Virus record (IMG/VR): IMGVR_UViG_3300032225_001122
Span: 1-31,086 of that record
Length of the DNA: 31,086 bases
Strand: one strand, 5' to 3'
Source of the DNA: a virus
Lineage: Duplodnaviria; Caudoviricetes
Below are positions 1 to 7,811 of this stretch, in pieces (the first letter of the stretch is position 1; every line of letters starts with the position of its first letter). The translations under genes were made by a program, and so were the position numbers. The notes beneath the pieces are model-generated. The model was not told where the DNA came from. It did not search any database and worked only from the letters and a program-made list of their open reading frames with translations.

Positions 1-1
1 C

Positions 2-262
2 GATAAGGCGATCCGTGTAAGTCTCAATCTGGCCGACATCGTAGTTGAGGTCGTAAGCTGTCATGTTGATACTATCAACTTCGCTTTGAATGCCGGAAAC
101 ATCAATGCGATCTCCGCCATCCCAATGATTGGGGAGCATACCGTTAGCCATAGCTTCCATCTCATTGAGATATCCGCGAAGCTCACGAATGTAACTAGCA
201 AGCTCTTCGATCTCTCCAAGAACGCGCTCTTCCTGATCCATCACTTCTTCGATAGTAGCCAA
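2..262 (-). CDS. hypothetical acidic helical protein, runs off the left edge
   Basis: TTG start after AAGGAGG and a motif promoter; open frame MATIEEVMDQEERVLGEIEELASY... to the window edge (not in ORF track). Confidence 0.75.
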   Translation of the reverse strand, partial: MATIEEVMDQEERVLGEIEELASYIRELRGYLNEMEAMANGMLPNHWDGGDRIDVSGIQSEVDSINMTAYDLNYDVGQIETYTDRLI

Positions 263-291
263 TTTGGCCTCCTTGTTGGTTTGTGCTACGC

Positions 292-326
292 ATACTACAT
301 GATTGAATAGTAAAGAACTATTAAAA
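292..326 (-). promoter_or_regulatory. repeated promoter motif copy 1
   Basis: TTTTAAT-agtt-CTTTAC-N12-TAGTAT on the minus strand. Confidence 0.75.
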
Positions 327-503
327 CTTAGCGTCTGGATCTGGAACATAGTCATTCATTAGATCCAATAGCTCTACATAGTCATAGTATAGGTTGGACA
401 CTATATCAGAATCCTCCCCAGAGTGTTTTGCTCTAGTCCAAGCGCCATACGCTTCGTGCATGGCAATACCTAGATTGATTTGTCTATATACATCGTGGTG
501 CAT
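321..503 (-). CDS. hypothetical protein, probably leaderless (MHHDVYRQ...)
   Basis: in frame with ORF 321..590; ATG lies 6 nt after the -10 of motif copy 2. Confidence 0.65.
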   Translation of the reverse strand: MHHDVYRQINLGIAMHEAYGAWTRAKHSGEDSDIVSNLYYDYVELLDLMNDYVPDPDAKF

Positions 504-509
504 ACCTGC

Positions 510-544
510 ATTGTAGCAGGTTGCTTTCCAAAGAGATGGTAAAG
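510..544 (-). promoter_or_regulatory. repeated promoter motif copy 2 (degenerate second box)
   Basis: CTTTACC-atct-CTTTGG-N12-TACAAT. Confidence 0.65.
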
Positions 545-588
545 AGATAACATCATTGTGTTCCTTCTTGTCCACCCTCCCACCCTTC

Positions 589-623
589 ATTATAGCAAAC
601 TGAAGAGTAAAGCGTTGGTAAAA
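589..623 (-). promoter_or_regulatory. repeated promoter motif copy 3
   Basis: TTTTACC-aacg-CTTTAC-N12-TATAAT. Confidence 0.8.
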
Positions 624-882
624 TCGCTCTGATACTTTCCACTAGGGATTTTTTAATACTTTTTATTGTAAAATGAGGGTTTTTCTTTTCATTTTACATC
701 ATAATTGATTATTTTTTATTAATTATGCTTGGCTTGCGCAAATAATCATCACGGCACCTGTTACTGCAAAGAATACTGTCATTATTGGTGATTTCTTTTT
801 ATTTCGTGTGAATTTCTTTTTATTTTCCTTCCCAACTATTATATGTGCGCGTGAGGGCGGGGTCTGTGTTGGGGGGATGATA

Positions 883-917
883 GGTTGGTCACACTATTTT
901 CCTATGGTTGGTCACAC
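883..917. repeat. 12-bp direct repeat GGTTGGTCACAC x2 in a non-coding region
   Basis: copies at 883-894 and 906-917; TCACACTATT recurs at 936-945. Confidence 0.7.
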
Positions 918-1119
918 AAAACTTATCTCAGTTCCTCACACTATTCTTTCTATTAGTATGCCTGCCTCTCCCCTGTCTCCCGCTATCTCTTGCCCAATAG
1001 AACCCATCCTACCAGAATGGACACTAGGACAATATTTCCTACTAGATGTTCTTTCATGTGTGTATTATCTATTGTGTTATTTATGTATTATTTCTGGGGA
1101 TGGTTATGGGCGATTATTT

Positions 1120-1299
1120 TTATTTTTTATGATTGTGTCCTTGTGGGTGAATCATATCAACAGGAACATCATAGAGTGTTGCGACCTGCTCAACAATCTT
1201 GTCCCCTGCCAGATCCCAATGCTTCTTATCGCTCCAATAATAGCACTTGACCGACAGGTTACGGATACGCCAATAAATCTTTTCTTTTACCTTATTCAT
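1120..1299 (-). CDS. hypothetical protein
   Basis: ORF 1120..1323; ATGA overlap with the upstream gene suggests a start at 1299. Confidence 0.55.
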   Translation of the reverse strand: MNKVKEKIYWRIRNLSVKCYYWSDKKHWDLAGDKIVEQVATLYDVPVDMIHPQGHNHKK

Positions 1300-1517
1300 A
1301 CAAAATATCCCAAGTCGTCCCATCCATAATCTGTTCTCTTGCCAAACTTTTCATGTAACTCGTCCCGATGCTCAGGCATATTCACATAAATATTACAAAC
1401 CTTTAGAGTCATTGAATGATCGCCCGCTGAGTAAGCAGGATCAAAGATGACTTCATCATTGTCATCAACGACAATCCAGCGATCAGACGGGTATTTGTTT
1501 CCTGTTACAACTCTCAT
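1296..1517 (-). CDS. hypothetical protein
   Basis: 73-aa ORF translationally coupled at both ends. Confidence 0.7.
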   Translation of the reverse strand: MRVVTGNKYPSDRWIVVDDNDEVIFDPAYSAGDHSMTLKVCNIYVNMPEHRDELHEKFGKRTDYGWDDLGYFV

Positions 1518-1744
1518 TTACTTTTCTTTTCAATACTGATTCTAATCCAAGAAAATGGCAGGTTAGTGTCAAGACTAAAATACGCCGGAGCCGTGTAAGG
1601 CTTACCATAATCGCTATAATAAGTTTTAGACTTACCCGCTCCCCATTCGACCGATCCTAAACCAATCACATGGTGCGTTAGCGCCCCCTCAACATAGATG
1701 CTAAGGGGGCCGATCTTCCAATTTTTATCAAAATGCTTGTTCAT
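1514..1744 (-). CDS. hypothetical protein
   Basis: 76-aa ORF just downstream of a TATAAT element. Confidence 0.7.
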   Translation of the reverse strand: MNKHFDKNWKIGPLSIYVEGALTHHVIGLGSVEWGAGKSKTYYSDYGKPYTAPAYFSLDTNLPFSWIRISIEKKSK

Positions 1745-1753
1745 GGTTTCCCC

Positions 1754-1782
1754 ATTATACCATATATTTGATTTTTGTTCAC
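1754..1782 (-). promoter_or_regulatory. putative promoter GTGAAC-N17-TATAAT with extended -10 (TGG)
   Basis: minus strand gtgaac-aaaaatcaaatatatgg-tataat upstream of 1514..1744. Confidence 0.55.
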
Positions 1783-1894
1783 ATCTGTCCGCTTCTCAGG
1801 CACTTTTTCTTTATTTTATATGGAAAGTGCCTGTTCACTTCTCAAAGCGCTTACCTGTTCACTTATTTTTTCATGTAACAAATGTTACACGAAC

Positions 1895-2674
1895 CTACCA
1901 GCCCGATATAGGCTCAATAAATTCTACATGGCCATCGCCGTCAGGTGCGATAAATGCCTCGGCATCCTCGTCCCATTCTAGATCGCCAAACCAATCCAAG
2001 CGCGGATCATCGTCGTCTTTCTTATTGTAACGATAACCGTATCCAATATACTCGCCGCCCTCGTCAATAACATCACCGTTACGGAAGTCAAGGCACACGC
2101 GCTCGCCCTTCCGATCATCAGCAGACTGAATAGTGTAACTATTCCAATCGTACATGAGAATATATGGGCCGTCCCAGCCATAGACTGAGAAAATTTTGGG
2201 AGCGGTGTAACCGCCGCGAACATCAGCGCCACCGTGAATTTGTAGCATTAGATAAACCTCGCCATCGCTCCACTCAAAGAAGTAACCTTGAATAGTTTGC
2301 GAAAGCAGGCAGTCGTCATTGTAAGAATTAAATCCGTTGTAATCTTGCGCAGGATACTTTTCGCACCACTCGGCCATTAGCTCATACCAAGAAGTTTTCT
2401 CATTTTCTTCCAGATTGGCAAACTTGTCAAACTCGGTTTGAATCTCGGGCATGAACTCAATGCGCTCACGCAAATAATGAAACAAGTCAAGACTAATGCC
2501 CCACTCTGATACCTGAACGGCGGGCGCGTTAATAAATGACCGAACATCGCGGCCCTTATTGCGCTCCCAATTGCGACCGTAAGCGCCACCAGAGTCAAGC
2601 ATATGCGCACCTGTGTTCTCGGTAAGCATACCCGCAAGAATCTCGTCTGTAAGTGTAATATTTTGGTTAGTCAT
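1895..2674 (-). CDS. conserved phage hypothetical protein
   Basis: 259 aa, AGGAGG RBS; conserved-looking blocks MLTENTGxHMLDSGGAYGR and LQIHGGADVRGGYT. Confidence 0.85.
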   Translation of the reverse strand: MTNQNITLTDEILAGMLTENTGAHMLDSGGAYGRNWERNKGRDVRSFINAPAVQVSEWGISLDLFHYLRERIEFMPEIQTEFDKFANLEENEKTSWYELMAEWCEKYPAQDYNGFNSYNDDCLLSQTIQGYFFEWSDGEVYLMLQIHGGADVRGGYTAPKIFSVYGWDGPYILMYDWNSYTIQSADDRKGERVCLDFRNGDVIDEGGEYIGYGYRYNKKDDDDPRLDWFGDLEWDEDAEAFIAPDGDGHVEFIEPISGW

Positions 2675-2705
2675 TTAATTACCTCCTAGTTGATTGACAA
2701 GAACG

Positions 2706-2740
2706 ACTATACACTACTCTAGGGTAAAGAACAGGTAAAG
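2706..2740 (-). promoter_or_regulatory. repeated promoter motif copy 4
   Basis: CTTTACC-tgtt-CTTTAC-N12-TATAGT. Confidence 0.8.
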
Positions 2741-2760
2741 ACTACCGAATATCGGTAGTC
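2740..2760 (-). terminator. putative intrinsic terminator hairpin abutting promoter copy 4
   Basis: perfect 9-bp stem GACTACCGA/TCGGTAGTC, 3-nt loop, followed by TTTACCTGTTCTTT on the minus strand. Confidence 0.6.
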
Positions 2761-2912
2761 TCCCTAATCTCTGTAATGCTGTCAGTTTCGCCGTCTTCTT
2801 TGATAAGAATACCGGCCTGCCCAATAATAGCATTATCGTAAGCCTCTTCGACTGAATTAGCTTCGACCTCCCAATACTTTCTAATTACTTCCACAACTTC
2901 GTACTTAGGCAT
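2742..2912 (-). CDS. small MPKY...EVEA-family protein (DpnD/PcfM-like)
   Basis: 56 aa MPKYEVVEVIRKYWEVEANSVEEAYDNA...; below the ORF-track cutoff; GAGG RBS. Confidence 0.7.
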   Translation of the reverse strand: MPKYEVVEVIRKYWEVEANSVEEAYDNAIIGQAGILIKEDGETDSITEIRETTDIR

Positions 2913-3168
2913 CTACCTCAACCGCCTTCCACTTTTCGGCATCCTGCGAGCTACATTTAACCGTAGCAAAACATTCGTTGCACATAAAATGCTCATCCAT
3001 TTCGCCTTCAAGGGAATCGCGCTTACAATCATCCCACAAAATACGATTGTAGTCTGCGGCAGACTCGGCACCATCATCAAGAATAGTTTGACGATAGGCG
3101 ACAAGCTGATACTCGCCGTACTCGGTTTCGGTGCTGCCACAGTCGGGGCATTTAATTTTCTTAGCCAT
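2905..3168 (-). CDS. Zn-ribbon protein
   Basis: CPDC...CNEC. Confidence 0.75.
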   Translation of the reverse strand: MAKKIKCPDCGSTETEYGEYQLVAYRQTILDDGAESAADYNRILWDDCKRDSLEGEMDEHFMCNECFATVKCSSQDAEKWKAVEVDA

Positions 3169-3171
3169 TAT

Positions 3172-3390
3172 TTACGCCACATCCCAGACAGGCCACTCGG
3201 CATTTTCTGCAATATCAATAGCCTTCTGAGCAAGAATATTGTCCTTGACAAGATCCCAAGACTCATCCCAAACCTTTGTATCGTAAGGCATAAAGATACC
3301 CTCGTTCTCCTGCAATACTCGCACTACCTCATTTGTTTCCGTATCCACGAATACCGTGACCGGAACCATGTATGTAACTGCTGCTTTCAT
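3172..3390 (-). CDS. hypothetical protein
   Basis: AAGGAGG RBS; first gene after promoter copy 5. Confidence 0.8.
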   Translation of the reverse strand: MKAAVTYMVPVTVFVDTETNEVVRVLQENEGIFMPYDTKVWDESWDLVKDNILAQKAIDIAENAEWPVWDVA

Positions 3391-3419
3391 AACTGCCTCC
3401 TTAGTTGATTGCTGCGTAC

Positions 3420-3454
3420 AGCATACCTACTCGTTGAGTAAAGAGATGGTAAAA
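3420..3454 (-). promoter_or_regulatory. repeated promoter motif copy 5
   Basis: TTTTACC-atct-CTTTAC-N12-TATGCT. Confidence 0.85.
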
Positions 3455-3455
3455 G

Positions 3456-3725
3456 TTAGATTGTCTTATCTATGGCCTCGTTAAACACTTTTCGATACTC
3501 ATTGAAAGCATCCTCGTATTCTTTTTGATAGTCAGCGTTGGTCATTCTTTCCTCATGCTTCCGTTTGTGAAAAGATTGGATTTCCTCCCAACGCTTCCAA
3601 GACCTATCAAGAGGATTTCTGACAATAAAACAAAATGCTTTATCGAATTCTTTGTTACCCATTTCAGTAGAGGTATATCCTACATACCAGAACTTATTAT
3701 CAAACAGCCACTTCATTTTTTTCAT
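3456..3725 (-). CDS. hypothetical protein
   Basis: 89-aa ORF in a packed minus-strand run. Confidence 0.7.
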   Translation of the reverse strand: MKKMKWLFDNKFWYVGYTSTEMGNKEFDKAFCFIVRNPLDRSWKRWEEIQSFHKRKHEERMTNADYQKEYEDAFNEYRKVFNEAIDKTI

Positions 3726-3921
3726 TTCTTTCTAAAATCCACTCACCGTAGTAATCAACCTGCATCATCTCAACGGCGTTTCTAAGATCTTTATTTTGTT
3801 TAATAAGTTTATCCTGAGCATCGCCTTCGGGAAGCTGCTCAATATGGTACTCGTTGCGACCGATCTGCATAAGCATCAGGCCCGTTACTTCAAAATATGT
3901 ATCTCGCCTAAGCTCTGGCAT
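3700..3921 (-). CDS. hypothetical protein
   Basis: 73 aa, TGATG coupling. Confidence 0.7.
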   Translation of the reverse strand: MPELRRDTYFEVTGLMLMQIGRNEYHIEQLPEGDAQDKLIKQNKDLRNAVEMMQVDYYGEWILERNEKNEVAV

Positions 3922-4121
3922 CAGACCATCACTCCTTCGGCGGCACGAAGGATGGCAAGCTGCTCCTGAGCAATCTCTACAAGCATAGCGGCGTGTTGAA
4001 TCTCTTTAGAATCCATTAGATCGTTACCGCCAGAAAGGTGAACACTATCAGAATCATCCATGTAGCCAATAGCTCTCAATCCGTGATCGCCCACAACTTC
4101 AACCTTAATCAAATACTCCAT
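3921..4121 (-). CDS. hypothetical protein
   Basis: 66 aa, AAGGAG RBS. Confidence 0.75.
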   Translation of the reverse strand: MEYLIKVEVVGDHGLRAIGYMDDSDSVHLSGGNDLMDSKEIQHAAMLVEIAQEQLAILRAAEGVMV

Positions 4122-4130
4122 TGTTTCTCC

Positions 4131-4199
4131 TTATAGTTTGATTCGAAATACTTTCATAATCGCCCAAAGATAGGTCGCTGCAATTGCTCTAATCATCAT
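4131..4199 (-). CDS. 22-aa hydrophobic peptide
   Basis: MMIRAIAATYLWAIMKVFRIKL fills the gap between coupled genes. Confidence 0.45.
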   Translation of the reverse strand: MMIRAIAATYLWAIMKVFRIKL

Positions 4200-4200
4200 A

Positions 4201-4311
4201 TCACAACCTATTATTGATTGCTAAACACGCTAGAACAATCGCTACCGGGATCAGCGCAACATAGAGTATAGCAAACGCATTGACGACCTTCTGTTTAGTT
4301 TTTCTGCGCAT
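4201..4311 (-). CDS. 36-aa single-pass membrane peptide
   Basis: MRRKTKQKVVNAFAILYVALIPVAIVLACLAINNRL; TGATG coupling. Confidence 0.6.
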   Translation of the reverse strand: MRRKTKQKVVNAFAILYVALIPVAIVLACLAINNRL

Positions 4312-4613
4312 CACTCTTCTCCCAGAGTATCAAGGTGAGCAAGAAACTCGTCTACATCCATCGCATCGCTCACAATCTGACTATTGGGGTCAGCCTTATC
4401 TCTTGGTCTGTACCACCAAATTGTTTTATTAAATGGTCTAGACGGCTGCTCGTAAGTGAACTCTCCCTCAACAACCATACTTTCATCAAAGATGGCGATA
4501 ATTTTTTCATCGCCAATTTCTTTCACAGCATCCTCAATGCTTGTATCAAGAAAAGTAAGATGCTCAAATCCTTCATCATCGGTTCGAATCCAAGCGTGAA
4601 CGGTTGTAATCAT
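4311..4613 (-). CDS. hypothetical protein
   Basis: 100 aa, TAATG coupling. Confidence 0.75.
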   Translation of the reverse strand: MITTVHAWIRTDDEGFEHLTFLDTSIEDAVKEIGDEKIIAIFDESMVVEGEFTYEQPSRPFNKTIWWYRPRDKADPNSQIVSDAMDVDEFLAHLDTLGEE

Positions 4614-4849
4614 TACAAACCAGCCTCGTCTGCCGCTGCCATAAGTGCCACAACAAATTCAACAGGCGGATTCATATTGTAATACTCGGCATCCTCGCCA
4701 ATCCAATCAGCCTCGGCATCATCGCGGTTCATGTACGGCCCGTAAGCCTGACCGTCGCAAACTACGACAATATGACTAGAAAGTTGTTCAACAAGCTCGT
4801 GGTATCGCTCAACATTTTTCTGTGCCTGCTCTTCGCTTACATTTTCCAT
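4613..4849 (-). CDS. GPY-motif paralog 1
   Basis: VVVCDGQAYGPYMNRDDAEADW. Confidence 0.8.
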   Translation of the reverse strand: MENVSEEQAQKNVERYHELVEQLSSHIVVVCDGQAYGPYMNRDDAEADWIGEDAEYYNMNPPVEFVVALMAAADEAGL

Positions 4850-5073
4850 TAGTTATTTCCTTTTTGAATAGTTTGACAATGCTTGCACCACGGAGTATCA
4901 CAATCACGAACCTTAACTGCGTGATCGTCGTCCGGCTCAATGCCTACGGTAATCCACGGCTCGCTTTCGTAAGCCCAAATTTCGTGGGCCGCTTCAAATG
5001 AAACATATGGGCCATAAACTTTATGACCATTAATTGCATCGCCTACCAGCACGACGCACCCATTAAATTCCAT
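4849..5073 (-). CDS. GPY-motif paralog 2
   Basis: VVLVGDAINGHKVYGPYVSFEAAHEIW; TAATG coupling. Confidence 0.8.
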   Translation of the reverse strand: MEFNGCVVLVGDAINGHKVYGPYVSFEAAHEIWAYESEPWITVGIEPDDDHAVKVRDCDTPWCKHCQTIQKGNN

Positions 5074-5303
5074 TACCAATCAAGCCCTTCTTTGTTTTCA
5101 AAATCAATAAGACCCTGAATGAGATCGTTGTGAGGCTCTAGGGGACGAATCTCGTAATCGTCGTCACCGTCCTGCCAATCGGCCTCAGCCTCGTCACGAC
5201 TACGGTATGGGCCAACGATTGTATCACCTACTAGCACCACTACCGCATAAGACAAAAGCTCTCGGGCTGATTCCCAACGCTCTTCCTGTTCATCTAGTTC
5301 CAT
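5073..5303 (-). CDS. GPY-motif paralog 3
   Basis: VVVLVGDTIVGPYRSRDEAEADW; first gene after promoter copy 6. Confidence 0.8.
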   Translation of the reverse strand: MELDEQEERWESARELLSYAVVVLVGDTIVGPYRSRDEAEADWQDGDDDYEIRPLEPHNDLIQGLIDFENKEGLDW

Positions 5304-5334
5304 TTTATATTCCTTTATCTAGGTTGCGCATCAA

Positions 5335-5369
5335 ATTCTAGCAGACGCAAAGTTAAAGACTTGGTAAAG
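5335..5369 (-). promoter_or_regulatory. repeated promoter motif copy 6
   Basis: CTTTACC-aagt-CTTTAA-N12-TAGAAT. Confidence 0.75.
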
Positions 5370-5601
5370 CTCCAGAGTCTTGCAGTATTCCTTCCAGAGT
5401 GTCAATCACTCCAATTAAATTAATTTGACTAAGATCGTTTTGTGCGGCAATTAATGTTGAATAGGCCTCAGTTGTATTGAGTTCCATTCTTGCAGCAGTA
5501 ACTTGATCTAAAATTGTCAGTAGCTTTGATTCATTCTTTTCAAGTACCTGCTTCATTTCGTCAATGACGATCTTTACTTCTTCTTTTTCATAAACACTCA
5601 T
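5353..5601 (-). CDS. hypothetical helical protein
   Basis: ORF 5353..5613; TGATG coupling at 5601. Confidence 0.7.
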   Translation of the reverse strand: MSVYEKEEVKIVIDEMKQVLEKNESKLLTILDQVTAARMELNTTEAYSTLIAAQNDLSQINLIGVIDTLEGILQDSGALPSL

Positions 5602-5951
5602 CACTTCTTCCAATACTCGTCGTAATTAAATAGACGCTCTATGTGCTTTGATTTTTCACGCTCACTAGCATCCTTGATTAAACTGCGCATAGCTCTACCA
5701 CTAATGTAATCGGCAAGCACAGCGGTTTTATTTTCGTCAAGCACCCCAATTGAATCCAAAATAACAATTGGATCTACTCGCTCTCTATCATCAGCGTCAT
5801 GCAGCGCACTAGACCCAAGCGCACAATCGCGCTCTAGTCTTGATTGCCAAGCAAGACCCTCTTCGTCAATGTAACCGACTTTAAACCCCATCGAATCAAT
5901 ATCACCGATTCTAACAGGTTCGTTATTTACATCATGGCCAACCTCGGTCAT
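5601..5951 (-). CDS. hypothetical protein
   Basis: ORF 5601..5975; ATGA coupling at 5951. Confidence 0.7.
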   Translation of the reverse strand: MTEVGHDVNNEPVRIGDIDSMGFKVGYIDEEGLAWQSRLERDCALGSSALHDADDRERVDPIVILDSIGVLDENKTAVLADYISGRAMRSLIKDASEREKSKHIERLFNYDEYWKK

Positions 5952-6370
5952 CGAACAGCGTCCTTGTGATACCAAGAATGGTAAAACTTATTGAACAGCT
6001 TTGCAGCATAAAAGGCATCGTGACGAAGATTACCGTTAGCAGGTCCAATCAAACCAAAGTAATTACTACCACCGCGACCCCAGCCGCTCTCTGCTCCCCA
6101 AACTCCAAGCAGCAGCTTGTAAGGGATTCGATAACGAACTGCGGCATCCAGAACGGGCTGGCATCGCTTACCGCGTGGTGCGTAAGGCCAAAGGCTATTC
6201 ACATGACTTACGCCATAATATCCGCCGGTATAATATTGCAAAATAGGCTCCCAAGCCTGAGTAACAGGTGCCTTGCGAACCTTACTTTCTAGCGTAGGAC
6301 GCTTTGACGCGCTGGCAACTTGAGCCGGGACTAGAGTAAGTGCAATCAGTAATGCGATAATACTTTTCAT
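5948..6370 (-). CDS. exported lysozyme-like (SLT/glucosaminidase-type) protein
   Basis: signal peptide MKSIIALLIALTLVPAQVASA; AAVRYRIPYKLLLGVWGAESGWG...NYFGL resembles the lysozyme-fold ES catalytic motif. Confidence 0.6.
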   Translation of the reverse strand: MKSIIALLIALTLVPAQVASASKRPTLESKVRKAPVTQAWEPILQYYTGGYYGVSHVNSLWPYAPRGKRCQPVLDAAVRYRIPYKLLLGVWGAESGWGRGGSNYFGLIGPANGNLRHDAFYAAKLFNKFYHSWYHKDAVR

Positions 6371-6374
6371 AAAA

Positions 6375-6662
6375 TTAAACCTCTTCCGAATATTCGTCAA
6401 TTTGAGTAATACGATCTACCAACTGTCCAAGATCACCGTAAGTTTCTTCTACAAGCGAAGAAGGATCATCGTCGTCTGTAATCAACAATACAAGATCGGA
6501 CTCATGGCGGTCGGTACTAACATTTACATTATGTGTATTGGCAAACTTTTTCTTTACCCATACATTACCCGGCTCTGTGACCTCGGCATCTAGATCTGTG
6601 ACCAGCTTGATAAAACCTGCGGTCATGTTATCCACTACTTCTTGTGATTCTTTACTTATCAT
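6375..6662 (-). CDS. hypothetical protein
   Basis: ORF 6375..6686; AAGGAAG RBS and ATGA coupling at 6662. Confidence 0.7.
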   Translation of the reverse strand: MISKESQEVVDNMTAGFIKLVTDLDAEVTEPGNVWVKKKFANTHNVNVSTDRHESDLVLLITDDDDPSSLVEETYGDLGQLVDRITQIDEYSEEV

Positions 6663-7045
6663 TTTGCTTCCTTTTCGTATGCCCAATCAGGGGTAATCCA
6701 TGACAGTTCCTCAAACACTCTGCGACCTGCTGGAGCGATCTCGTCGCCGTACATATGACGGTCGCCTTCGCTCAAAGCGATCTGTATGGCATCCTCGCCC
6801 TCGTCCATCAGAACCTCTAGCAAATTAGCTAGAACATCGTCGGGAGTATCAGCGGGAACCTGCGTACAATAACTTGCATCAAGAACGGTAATCCAATTAC
6901 CATCCTTGCGAGCATAAAAGTCAAATCTAAGCAGGTTCACATCTTCGGGATTGTCGGGATCGTAATCACCATCCCAACCTTCGCCAGCATTGTACCACTC
7001 AACGGCCACATCGCCGCGCTCGTATCTGCTTGAATTATTATTCAT
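6659..7045 (-). CDS. conserved phage hypothetical protein
   Basis: GEGWDGDYDPDNPEDVNLLRFD...DASYCTQVP. Confidence 0.8.
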   Translation of the reverse strand: MNNNSSRYERGDVAVEWYNAGEGWDGDYDPDNPEDVNLLRFDFYARKDGNWITVLDASYCTQVPADTPDDVLANLLEVLMDEGEDAIQIALSEGDRHMYGDEIAPAGRRVFEELSWITPDWAYEKEAK

Positions 7046-7265
7046 TATCCTCATCCTCGCTAAAATCTGGCAGCGGTTCTGCGAAATGACTCATATACAT
7101 ATCTACTGCCTGCTTGACCTGATTGTAAAGACTAGCAGCGTGAGGCTCTACAAACTCATTATGAGCTTGCGTCCACTCAATACCTTCGTCCTCTGCCTGA
7201 TCCTTATATGACTGCTCTACATAAGCATAGACGGCTTCATAAATTGGAAGCGATGTTTCACTCAT
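7038..7265 (-). CDS. hypothetical acidic protein
   Basis: ORF 7038..7277, GGAG RBS before MSETS. Confidence 0.7.
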   Translation of the reverse strand: MSETSLPIYEAVYAYVEQSYKDQAEDEGIEWTQAHNEFVEPHAASLYNQVKQAVDMYMSHFAEPLPDFSEDEDNE

Positions 7266-7476
7266 TATTTTCTCCATTCATATACTCGCTTGCGGCTGCA
7301 AGCCAATCCTCAACCCATTGTGTAATTTCTTTGCCCGTAGGTGGCTCGCCATCACGGGTGCTGTCGTCAGCCATGATATCAGAAAGCCAACCAACGGCCT
7401 CTTCAATCAGCCCATCAGCAACAACCAATTGCTCTCTGATCTCTACTAGACCTTCATAAACATTATCGTTACTCAT
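7258..7476 (-). CDS. hypothetical acidic protein
   Basis: ORF 7258..7506; start at MSNDN. Confidence 0.7.
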   Translation of the reverse strand: MSNDNVYEGLVEIREQLVVADGLIEEAVGWLSDIMADDSTRDGEPPTGKEITQWVEDWLAAASEYMNGENNE

Positions 7477-7624
7477 TGTCATCCTTCTCCTTGTCATAAT
7501 CAACAATTACACAACCACAGTCCATGCACTCTATCGCAACATTGACCACCTTATCAGAACCGTAGGTCACACACTCCAGATTGTGACCCACATGATTTTC
7601 TAGATCCTCAAAATGATTTACCAT
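7469..7624 (-). CDS. small His/Cys metal-binding protein
   Basis: 51 aa MVNHFEDLENHVGHNLECVTYG...NVAIECMDC; below the ORF-track cutoff. Confidence 0.7.
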   Translation of the reverse strand: MVNHFEDLENHVGHNLECVTYGSDKVVNVAIECMDCGCVIVDYDKEKDDNE

Positions 7625-7626
7625 TG

Positions 7627-7800
7627 TTAGTCGCCAATCTCAACAGACTCAAATACTTCATTTACCGACTTAGTTTCATCTATAAATTCAACGCTCTGGT
7701 CATACGGAACATGAGCCGCCTTGTAAGCAGCAAGAGATTCGTTTTGAGCTTCTACTTCATACTCTGTTGTGGTGCTTACAATAACTTTGTATCTTGGCAT
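7627..7800 (-). CDS. small MPKY...EVEA-family protein
   Basis: 57 aa MPRYKVIVSTTTEYEVEAQNESLAA...; AGGGGG RBS. Confidence 0.7.
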   Translation of the reverse strand: MPRYKVIVSTTTEYEVEAQNESLAAYKAAHVPYDQSVEFIDETKSVNEVFESVEIGD

Positions 7801-7811
7801 GATACCCCCTA

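Noticed and set aside
504-590. N-terminal extension of ORF 321..590
   Set aside because: Its ATG overlaps the TATAAT of promoter copy 3 and the segment contains promoter copy 2; a start at 503 fits better, though not proven
808-1329. 173-aa plus-strand ORF (and 990..1250)
   Set aside because: Low-complexity T-rich translation, no RBS, opposite to local gene polarity and overlapping better minus-strand genes
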